Below, in pieces: positions 24,646 through 34,627 of a DNA stretch of 64,000 bases. Source of the DNA: Chrysomallon squamiferum. Taxonomy: Eukaryota > Animalia > Mollusca. The notes beneath the pieces are model-generated. The model searched no databases. It was given only the letters and a program-made list of their open reading frames with translations, and was not told the DNA's origin. The stretch is from NCBI GenBank assembly GCA_012295275.1, contig CM022672.1, forward strand, positions 24,180,001 to 24,244,000. Reading direction: 5' to 3'. Position 1 is the stretch's first letter, and every line of letters begins with the position of its first letter. The position numbers and the translations under genes are program-made.

Positions 24646-25668
24646 ATGGTAGATCCAGTTGTATCTACCAAATTTGGGCAGAGGCCACTTCTTGATGTTC
24701 CTGCACTAACGCCATATAATCACAATGCAGCCGTGGGATCTTTGCAGCATGATCGACCTAAGCCTCATCCTGTTTTAGGCAGATCTGGATACACGGCACC
24801 AGTGCCAGAGATACCAGCAAGGGTTGAAGCATTTCAGGTTCCTCCATATCAATACTCCAACGTTGTTGGAGGAACTTCTCCAACAATTCAACAATATTAT
24901 GGAATGGGGCAAATGGATCCCAAATTGGCTCAGACAGCTCCGATGCAATATTCCCCAGCACCTGTGTATGGAGGCTACCAGCCTTCTCATTATACTCATG
25001 GACCTAACGGTTATGTCAGTGCTGTTCCGAATCCGACATATTACAATCCATATCCTGGTGTTCAGAATTCGATGAATCCAGCTCCTCCTCCAATGCAATA
25101 TCCACCTTTAATGCAACAGCTACCACCTCAGCCGGTGCAGCAGTTTCCAGTACAACAACCAATACAACAATTACCACCTCAGCCGGTGCAGCAGTTTCCA
25201 GTACAGCAACCAATACAACAATTACCACCTCAACCTGTTCAGTTTCCAGTACAACCACAAGTTATTGAGTACCCAACAACGGAAACTTTTACAATAGAAG
25301 GGGTTCTGGAGTGGGGTCAACTTACCACTGTGAATCTGAAACGAACAAAAGGTGTTTTTACATCTCTACCCGAATTCCTTCGTAGGGAACTTGAAAAAAC
25401 GTACGGCAAATATGCCAGAACTGATGTTAAAATTCAGAGTGAAGGAGGAGAGTATCACATCTATGCACAACCAAGAGGTGGATATAAAACTACGGATGAT
25501 AGATTACCAAGGGCTGCATATAGTTATAAGGATGATTATTATGAACGTTCACCAAGTGAAGACGATTATTATAGGAGGAGTTACAGACCCAGAAGCCCAG
25601 AGAACTGGGTCAGATGGGATCCCAATGAAAGAAGGTCTTATAAAGATTATGATTATGACCGAAATTAA
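24646..25668 (+). CDS. Uncharacterised Pro/Gln/Tyr-rich protein, 340 aa, single coding exon
   Basis: 1023-nt ORF with markedly higher GC than its flanks, ACAATGG start context, frame-preserving internal repeats with synonymous differences, and AATAAA at 25853. No family recognised. Confidence 0.8.
   Translation: MVDPVVSTKFGQRPLLDVPALTPYNHNAAVGSLQHDRPKPHPVLGRSGYTAPVPEIPARVEAFQVPPYQYSNVVGGTSPTIQQYYGMGQMDPKLAQTAPMQYSPAPVYGGYQPSHYTHGPNGYVSAVPNPTYYNPYPGVQNSMNPAPPPMQYPPLMQQLPPQPVQQFPVQQPIQQLPPQPVQQFPVQQPIQQLPPQPVQFPVQPQVIEYPTTETFTIEGVLEWGQLTTVNLKRTKGVFTSLPEFLRRELEKTYGKYARTDVKIQSEGGEYHIYAQPRGGYKTTDDRLPRAAYSYKDDYYERSPSEDDYYRRSYRPRSPENWVRWDPNERRSYKDYDYDRN
25114..25260 (+). repeat. Coding tandem repeat, 51-nt unit (QQLPPQPVQQFPVQQPI) x2 plus a degenerate third copy
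   Basis: Units at 25114-25164, 25165-25215 and 25216-25260. Confidence 0.92.
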
Positions 25669-28130
25669 TATAGTTAAGTTTTATGATTCAGAAAGTTATG
25701 TGTGGTGTTTAAATATTTCATTTCAGTGAATTTGCTTTTCAAAGAACTGTTGTTTGAGAAGCTCCTGGTTTGGTTTTGTACTATATTTTATTTCCAACAA
25801 TTACGTAATTGGTATGCTATTACCAAACTGATTGCCTGTGTTTATTTGGGATAATAAAACAGAAATTACTTATTTATTATCAATGTTGTGTTAAAAGGTT
25901 TACATGGATTTATTGAAATGAAATGACGATTTATTTCTTCTTTTTCTTCATATTCTTATTCTTATTTATTTATTTATTTATTTATTCATTTATTTTTTAA
26001 ATGATTTATTAAAGGAATTATTATAATGTCATTTGTTTATTGATTGTTTTGAATGTAATAACAAATTATGAAGAACTGTATTCTTTAAATTCGCTTATTT
26101 CAGCAAAGGTAATAATATTTATCATTCCAGAGTCAGTTACTAGAAAATAAAACTTCATATATTATTTCTGAACCTAATCGTCTAATTCTTAATCCTTATA
26201 CCAGTAGTAATGTTAATTTAAATTAATGAAAGGCAAAATAATCGTAAAAGTTTATTAACTATTTTTGGAAACAAATCTAGTTGCATGTTATGCAAACTAT
26301 TCATGAAAAGGTAAATTACTTAAAATGTAAATATTTTCTAATAAAATGTACATCTATTGTTGTTCCACCAGATACCAGTTAGATAATTATAATAAAGCAT
26401 ATTAAAATCAAAAACAAAACAAACACCAAAACAGGATTAATCTGGTTAAATTTTTATGGAGAGTATAAATTAAATTATTGTAATATTATCATGTAATAAT
26501 TAAAAAAAAAAATACATTTTAATATGCGTCAGGTGGTTTTACAATTTATACTGTATAATACACAATTTCCTATAAACGTGTTACAAAATGATTAAACAGT
26601 CTTTTCTTTTTTAGTTTGTGTTGTTTTTGTTTTCAGATTTTATATAAAATGTACTGTTTTCTTTCAGTTTTAGCACTTTTTGTTATTAGAAACAATACAT
26701 GTCAAAGTTGAAACAAAATAATTTGTCAATTGTGGATGTGCAATACTTAGTATCAAAATAGTTGCATATTCTTCTCAATTAACTCTAAATGAGATAATAA
26801 TAAAAAATACTTAATGTTTATAATTAACTGAATAAACTTTCAAGGGATAATTTTCCCTTAAAAATTAAATTTAATATTTTTCAACATTCGAACGAATCAT
26901 ATAATTTCTTTTAAATTTTATTAAACACATCATATACTTGTATATTGCTGTATTTTTATTTGGTAAAATTCTCTAAATTTGTCATGTTCAGAAATTCACG
27001 CGCACAGTTTTCCACTGATAATAACAATTTTAGAAATTTATAATTCTAAACCACGAAACACTTGAAATGATTAAGGAAATATTTCTTTAGTTATTCCGAA
27101 TTTTCAAATACAAATCAGTTTAATCTTTTTTCTAATTTATCCAAGTGTCACATATGCAATGATTTCAATTTTAAAAGTTCATTTTATACATTATGGAAGA
27201 CATAATTAACTTAATATAAATAAAAATTAACCATTTTCAGTAATCTAAATTTCACAGAACATAAAGATATTTATTAAGATAAATGTCTTGAATTTTCAGG
27301 TAACTTTCCAGTTAAATATAATAATTTTTTTACAACTGTATTAAATGATAATATTTTGGACTCAGTGCCACTATCTATTCAGGTTTTCTCTTCCAAATCT
27401 TTGGTTATTTGTTTGAAATTAAAATAAATATAATTCTCAGACAGTTTCTACTTGGAATTAAGTTTCAAATGCACAAATTATTATTACTAAAACATCAATA
27501 TTTATCAAACCATTATCCTAACTTTTTATTCTTTTTAGTTTTTAACTTGATCCAATCAAGGAAAATACCAAGATAAAAAAAAAGGAATTCTTTCATCACA
27601 TATTTCCATCTTTCAAAAAATTATTTTATTTGATTAAATATGTTGATTATAAAAAAGAATAATCTTCACCATCTCAAATATACCATTTTATTTGAGAGAA
27701 ATATTTCAGCTTATTCAACATTTAATTACCAATTAGTTTTTCACATCCCTACTTTTTTTTTTATTAAATATTTTTTTTTTTTTTAATTAAATTAATTAAT
27801 CTGCATGCAACTGGTGGACCCACATATTATAAGTAATTCCCAAGAAAGAGTACTTATTTGAGTAATTGTGAACAAACTGTTTCTGAGAGGCTATACAAAT
27901 ATTATTTTGTTAAAGCACATTAGATTAGTATAAAAAATGAATGTCTTATTTATAAAACAAAACCTACTTTAGTAAATGATAAAAATAATAATGATTTTAA
28001 ATAAAATAAATAAAATGAAACAAATCTGGATATTATTTTCTTAAAAACACAAACACTCCATACCAAGAAATATATATATATTTAATCAACAGTCATTTAT
28101 ATCTGTTTTTTGTTGTTGTAAAGAAATGCC

Positions 28131-28367
28131 TCATGAAGAAACAGTAGATAATAAAGTGTGATGCACTTCAGTGTTTTCTGGATTCAGATCAATAAGTCTG
28201 TTGCTAGACTGAGCCAGTTCAGTGATTGACACACGGCCATGTTGGTGGATGTACTTGGCAACTTGTTCCAGCTCATCCATTGTTATATAAATGAATTTTC
28301 CTCGGTCATCAATAACGCCTGTAAGCTGACCTTCAGCTTGCAGGTCCTGAACTCTAAGTATCACATC
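28131..28367 (-). CDS. DDRGK1: DDRGK1 exon 8 (DDRGK motif, terminal)
   Basis: Acceptor [15 protein letters not shown]...[13 protein letters not shown]...TVSS*. Confidence 0.97.
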   Translation of the reverse strand, partial: DVILRVQDLQAEGQLTGVIDDRGKFIYITMDELEQVAKYIHQHGRVSITELAQSSNRLIDLNPENTEVHHTLLSTVSS

Positions 28368-31300
28368 CTGAAATGTTTTTAAAAATTAAAAAGTATAATC
28401 CACTAAACAGTAACTCAATAAAGGCCATGATAATGGTGCATTTGATATATAAATGTAGATTAGAAAAAAAAATAAAAAAATAAGTAATAACATATACATT
28501 CTCCTGTAACATTATTCAAAAAATAACAAAAATATTATGAATATAAAACTCAAGGAAAAATATAGATTTTAAGTGCCTGACCTGTGTTTTTAACTTAAAA
28601 TGTGCTGCAAGATCTTCCAGCATTACAACTTTCATATCCTGTAAAGAAAAAGAAAAATAATTTATTAGGTTTGCTTCTTCTGAAAATTAATTCTTAAACA
28701 GAGGGCCATCATTTTCTAAAATGCTCTTGTTTCATTACCAACACAAAGAAATATTTTATATAACTGTGTTAATAATGGCACTAAAAGAATTAATTTATAC
28801 CAACAGAGAAAATTACATTTTGTTTTGGTGTTTTAGTTCATCTGTGCACACTGATTTTTTTTTGAAATATTGTACAAATGTTCACTGAAAGTTTAGAATG
28901 AACAAATATCCTAAAACACTGCTAATGAAACTTGATCAAATCTAATGAATTCTGTTATGTACATTTAAAAAAAAAGATAAATAATTTCAATTAAAATATA
29001 TCAGTCCTGGTACAATCCTAACATTTACCTTTATATACTGGATAAATTCCTGCAGCAGAGATTCTGACTGAAAAAAGTAATTCAAATATAAGTATAAACA
29101 CATACACACCTTATATTTAGAATAAAGTTTTGGAAAACAAAATGTATTTGTATTAGTTTTAATTGTTTTTCTTCTGTGAATTTTGTATGATTTTTTTTTT
29201 TTTTTTCAGTTCTGAATTATAAGTCCTTTGTAAAACATAATAATGGAAAGCCATGAAATAACAGAACTTCCATTTAAAATTAATACAACAAATTTCAATT
29301 TACATTTTATACTGATAAGAAGTCCATTATATCACTTATTCCAAAGCAACCACAGTGAATAAATCATTAAAATCTTAATATATATATATATAATATATAC
29401 ATTATTATGTATGCAGAGTTATCTATTAATTCAACTCTGTATTTATCTGATATATAAAGTTACCAACAAATGGCTGCAAAGATATATGTTAAAAAGACTT
29501 CACCTCAATTTTATTTATAACTTAGAAAAATTAATGGAATAATAGGTTGAAAAAATTTTAAAAATTTCCCAGGAAAATGATAATTGAATATAACTTTTTT
29601 CCTTAGCAGGTTTAACATAAATTTTTATATGAATGTTTATTACTACAAAACTTAATATATTACTATGAGTAAAATCGGTACAAAAAGTATTTTAATGTCT
29701 GCATTTCCTGAAAAATAAACCACAGACTCTGATACCTCTGGATGAAATGGCAAACCTATACCTGGCTGTAAATTAACATATTTAATTAATCAACATACAT
29801 TGAGGTCAAGTTCAGCATCATCCTGACCCTCCTCATCAACAGTAAACTGTTGTTTCAGCAGAAGATATTCTTCATGCTCCTGTTTCTCTTTTTCCTCTTT
29901 CAACCTTTTTTCTTCTTCTTCCTAAAAACAAATCAGCAAAATTAAAAAAAATGTGAACAAAACAAATTAATGATACAAATAATATCAAGTTTATAATAAA
30001 ATACCTCTTCTTTCCATGTTAACAAAAATTCTGTTGTATAAATTATAATAAATACAAACTCTAATGGCAGCTTCTGCTTTCTCCCTCTCTGCTTGCTTTT
30101 TTCTCATTTTTTCCTGTTCAGCTTCTCGTTTCTTCTTCTCTTCTCTTTCCTGTTCCATTTGCTAAAAATAGCAAACAAAGTAACTCACAATATTTGTCAG
30201 ATTTTTATTTTTAAAGCTTCTAGAGAAATATTTGCTATCCACTTAAGTTTTTGCAATCATTATATATTTTCATAGATAAATTGTCCCTTACTACAAGTAG
30301 AAATAGAGAAATGTTTGCTATCCACGTAAGTTTTTGCAGTCATTATATATTTTCATAGTTAAAGTGTCACTTACTAGAAGTGGAAATAAATGAACATTTT
30401 TATATTTTCAAATGACTGAGTGTAGTCATATAAACTTCAAAACAAATTCTGTACTGATTTTTATATAAAATCTAATTTTAAAAATTCTCCTAAATATAGC
30501 AATCCAATTGCTATATTTGGTGATTTTCTCTGTACTGTTTCTATTCCAAACGATTTTAATTCCAAAATTATTTATATGAAATTATAAGAAACGATGTTGA
30601 TAATTTCTTTAAAGTAATTTTTTTTTAAATCTTCAGTATTTGCTATTCAATGATTTTACAATGGCTTACCATAATGTGTGAAACATGCGATTAAAAAAAC
30701 CTAGTCCTTTGACATGTTTTGAAAAAACATGAAATCACCAAAGTAGTTTTCTGATTTGATGTTACAATAAAAAAATTATGTGTAACCAAGAAATAAGTTC
30801 AAAATCCCACTGTAAGTAAATTGCAATGGGAAAAACATTCTTAACTTTATAAAAAGAGAAAAATCTATTTTAAATATTATTTAAAAAAGTAAGCAAACCT
30901 CTCTCATAGCTCTCCTTTCTGCCTTTTCCTGTAGCTTTTTTAACTTTTTAGCCCCAACTTTTCCTTCAGGCTGAGCAATATTATCAAAAATATCTTCTTC
31001 ATCATCAATGCTGTCTGGATCAAAGCCATCTTCATCTGTAGAAATTTTATAAAATCTGTTTCATTATATATATTTAATTTAATGGGAGTATATTACTAAT
31101 TGTAAAAAGTTGATTTTAACTTTTCAAACTCACCTTATAAAAATTACATAAATTATATATATACAATACAATATTATAAAGTAGAGGATTTGTTATGTAC
31201 ATACATCTTCACACAGTAAAGAACAGTATAGACTACACCCTTTAAAAAACAGAATAGCAAGATAATATTCCTGATCCTTCCTTCAATGCACTTACAAATT

Positions 31301-33921
31301 AGCCTTTCCTATTTAGTATATGTATATATATATATATATATTTTTAGTCTGCACAAGGAAATTTATATTTTAAAAATTTTTGTTACATACTTAGCTAAAT
31401 GCTCAAAATAGTCAAATTCTTAATTATGTGATTAAAGTAAAAGTTTTCGCAAAATCATTGTTCTGTCTTCTCATAATGCCATATGGCCCATTATTACTAA
31501 GTATATAAACGTTATAATTTACATTTACAATTAAAAAATATATATATAAAACTTTAAAATTATTTACAGCTACTAAATTTGTTTACTAAGGAAACAAAAA
31601 TAAAAATAAAAGCAATAATCCCCACTGCTGCAAGATAAACAGTGAACGGATCAATTGGTGCCATGATGATTGTTAGGTTGTGATCTGCGCCTGAAATTTC
31701 AAACCTGAATCATCCTGAGTAACTCTCATCCGTCTTCGAACACGTCTTCTGACAGCAGGTGGGCCTTCTGCTGGCACTGGCCTGGCTGCAGGTCTAGCAA
31801 CATTTTCTGTTTTGATGGTAGTACCTGAATGAAAGAACAGAAAATATATAGGTAATTTATATAAATTTGGTCCAGGTTTTGAATATTACCCTCCTATCGC
31901 CCTCTTTACTTGCCTTGGTAGCCTAGCTCATCATAGATGCAGCCATATTAGGCAATCAGTTGTGTCAATTAGATATCCCTGTTGTCTTTACTTGTAAACC
32001 TATAAATGCCATAGCAGGACAGAATAACAAAAAGTAAGTGTAAAGAGCAGAAACTTACCCTGGTGGCCACCAAATGTGCAGAATTGCGTGTTTTTCAGGT
32101 ATGAGTGATTCAAATAAACAAAGTTTTGATTAGTTACTGGCCATAGTTTAGCTAAATCTGACAACATCAAGATTCCATAAAAACTTGATCAAAACTAACT
32201 GCCTTGGTGCCTCTACTTTGAAGGAAGCATTTGCCTTTGTGTCCCACCAATGTTCTTTGGTGTCTTAATATTTCTGATTTAAACCAAGGCAACATTTTCC
32301 TTTCCCTAAAAAAAAATTAAAATTTAATCCCTGTTGCCTTTTTGTTGGTTAACAGTTTTAATTAACTCAATAATTTACAATACAGTACAATATTATTATT
32401 TTTCAAACTGATTTTAATGCAATTAACAACTTTTAATATGATTCAAATAAGTATTATTGTATAAATATTTCCTGTTAATAATCAAAGTCAGTGGTATAGT
32501 CACCCTTAGATTCTCCAAAACTAACCAAATTCCTAAATATGTATGAGAATTATTGATTATAGAATTACTCATTTTTATTTATAACATTTAGCATACAAAT
32601 TTAGGAATTTGGTTAGTTTTAATTCTTTTTTTATAATTATATTTTTTTATATTATTTTGAACTGAAACTACTGTTTGACCTTTAATCTTTATACATTATT
32701 ATTTATGAATATGATAACACAAATGTATTACAATATGAATTACTGATTATAAAAATAAAATATATTTGCATGTATTGTTATTTGTTGTAGCTTGCAACAT
32801 ATCCTTTTTTCTTCTAAGTAGATTATATTAGAAATAAGTGTATGATTGTATCTTTTTATATGTTATCCAAAGTGATTTTCTAATACATTAATTGTTTATC
32901 ATGTGTCATGTATATAAGTTTAAATTCTACTAAAGCAGCTAATATAGGTATGTGACAAAAGCTGTCTCTATGCTGCAGTGAATGTTTGTGATGCATAATC
33001 ACATTCCTTGAAAGTTGTTCCCTTATTCAAATTTGTTTCATCATTATTTACATACATTTTCCAAAAAAAAAATATCATGATGCAGTATACATATTCAGCA
33101 TCATCATCATGTCTGTATTCTTGAATGTCATCTTTGATAAACTATGGCATCAACAGGCAAGTTTACCATTTCAAAATGACCATCATGTGACTAAGGAAGT
33201 TTATTTGGAACTTTAAATATTATAAAAGGTGCAGATTATGCCCTTCTCTCATACTCTGCCAAATTTCATACAAATACGTGATTGCTGCTAATAACTGAGA
33301 AGTTTGATGTTTCTTTATTTTATTGTGTGATTTAGTAATTATGTGGTATACTATTCCAGGTTAGTGTAATTTTTGATAATATTATCTTTTTAATAAAGAT
33401 TTCGGTTATGAATAAGAAGAAAGTTCGTAGAAAGTTTGACTATTATGCATTTTTTGAAGGCTTAAGACATACCAACACTAATTTAATTAGTAATTAATAA
33501 TATTAAGATGTCATGTCATTTCAGTCTTTTTTGTTGTTATTGTTAGTGTTTTCTTTCTCTCTCTCTCTTTCTGATGATAAAGTTGTATATTTAAAAAAAA
33601 AAGTTACATACCTAGCTAAATGCTCGAAAGAATCAAATTCTGAATTATCATATTATTATGTGATTAAAGTCAAAATGCTTTCGCAAAATCATACTTCTCA
33701 TAGTATCATGTATGATTATGATATTGATAGTGCCATATGCCCATTATTACTATTACTAAGTCTATAAACGTTATCATTTACATTTACAATTAAGAAAAAT
33801 ATATAAAACTTAAAAATTATTTACCGCTACTAAATTTGTTCACTAAGGAAACAATAATAAAAATAAAAGCAATAATCCCCGCTGTTGCAAGATAAACAGT
33901 GAACGGATCAACTGGTGCCAT
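28131..33921 (-). CDS. DDRGK1: DDRGK domain-containing protein 1 (UFBP1; UFM1 E3-complex adaptor), 303 aa; exons 33921-33825, 31824-31705, 31035-30899, 30161-30060, 29921-29799, 29067-29029, 28638-28582, 28367-28131
   Basis: Seven phase-consistent GT-AG introns; total 912 nt. N-terminal hydrophobic anchor, [85 protein letters not shown]. Confidence 0.96.
28582..28638 (-). CDS. DDRGK1: DDRGK1 exon 7
   Basis: TTACAG acceptor, [19 protein letters not shown], donor G|GTCAGG. Confidence 0.93.
29029..29067 (-). CDS. DDRGK1: DDRGK1 exon 6 (39 nt)
   Basis: TTTCAG acceptor, [13 protein letters not shown], donor G|GTAAAT. Confidence 0.92.
29799..29921 (-). CDS. DDRGK1: DDRGK1 exon 5
   Basis: TTTTAG acceptor, [41 protein letters not shown], donor GTATGT. 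Confidence 0.94.
30060..30161 (-). CDS. DDRGK1: DDRGK1 exon 4 (charged coiled coil)
   Basis: TTTTAG acceptor, [34 protein letters not shown], donor GTTTGT. Confidence 0.9.
30221..30388. repeat. Tandem duplication, 83-bp unit x2, in DDRGK1 intron 3
   Basis: Units begin TAGAGAAAT at 30221 and 30304, with scattered substitutions. Confidence 0.9.
30899..31035 (-). CDS. DDRGK1: DDRGK1 exon 3
   Basis: CTACAG acceptor, [46 protein letters not shown], donor G|GTTTGC. Confidence 0.93.
31382..31697 (-). other. Intragenic duplicate of DDRGK1 exon 1 with its leader and ~185 bp of downstream intron, located in intron 2 (source ~33603-33954)
   Basis: 31664-31568 reads [32 protein letters not shown]: 97 nt, 6 substitutions versus exon 1, no indel or stop. 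The flanking intron sequence also aligns. Confidence 0.95.
31705..31824 (-). CDS. DDRGK1: DDRGK1 exon 2
   Basis: TTCAG acceptor, [40 protein letters not shown], donor G|GTTTGA; 120 nt, phase 1-1. Confidence 0.88.
32517..32620. repeat. Inverted repeat, 29-bp arms with 1 mismatch and a 46-nt spacer, in DDRGK1 intron 1
   Basis: AAAACTAACCAAATTCCTAAATATGTATG versus CATACAAATTTAGGAATTTGGTTAGTTTT. Confidence 0.88.
33825..33921 (-). CDS. DDRGK1: DDRGK1 coding exon 1 (membrane anchor)
   Basis: [32 protein letters not shown], donor G|GTAAAT, phase 1. Confidence 0.88.
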
Positions 33922-34000
33922 GATGTTTGTTATTTTGTGATTTGCGCCTGAAATATCTGGAGCACTACATATTCTGAGTAGTTGACAGTGTCTGGCAATA

Positions 34001-34070
34001 CAGTGGAACCTCGGATTACGAACTTAATTCGTTCCTGAACTCGGTCTGTAAACCGAATTGTACGTAAACT
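34001..34070. mobile_element. Solo terminal fragment of a Tigger-like element just upstream of DDRGK1
   Basis: TA|CAGTGGAACCTCGGATTACGAACTTAATTCGTTCC resembles the end at 56642 (CAGTGGTACCTTGACTTATAAGTTTAATTCGTTCC). No matching second TIR seen. Confidence 0.6.
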
Positions 34071-34522
34071 GACATTATCTGGTAGTAAAGAGTTTCCTTT
34101 TTTCTAACTAACCATCATTTTAAAACGTCCGACATTTAATATCGGTCACTATTCGCATTCCATCATAACTCTAGTCGTTTTAAACAAATGCAAATTGTCT
34201 CCCTTCTGTCGCAAACATAAATGCGTATCAGTTAATATTAATTTTATACTATATTTAAGGTTTCTGTAATGTATGCATATTCTTATATTGTTTTCACGAG
34301 GATATGTGTTCAATACACTGTATATATATTTTTAAACTGAATGTTTTAGTAAAATATGGGTATCTGTTGCGTATGTGTTAATTTCTATATGTATACTTGT
34401 GTTTATATTCTACTCTAATTTTGTAATTGTCACATGAAGATATTAATTTAGAATTATTTTAAATAATCTTTATCTGAAATATTTTATACTATGAAGGATT
34501 ATATTTTAAATGTGTTTTTAAA

Positions 34523-34587
<65 letters not shown>

Positions 34588-34627
34588 GGATCATTCCCCT
34601 CCCCCAAACATTGTTTTAGACCCGACC

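Noticed and set aside
24758-25729. Alternative-frame and antisense ORFs over the Pro/Gln-rich gene
   Set aside because: Expected by-products of biased codon composition and internal repeats.
31873-32332. Possible hAT-like MITE (CAGG...CCCTG ends) in DDRGK1 intron 1
   Set aside because: Only 11 of 15 terminal bases match and no target-site duplication is visible.
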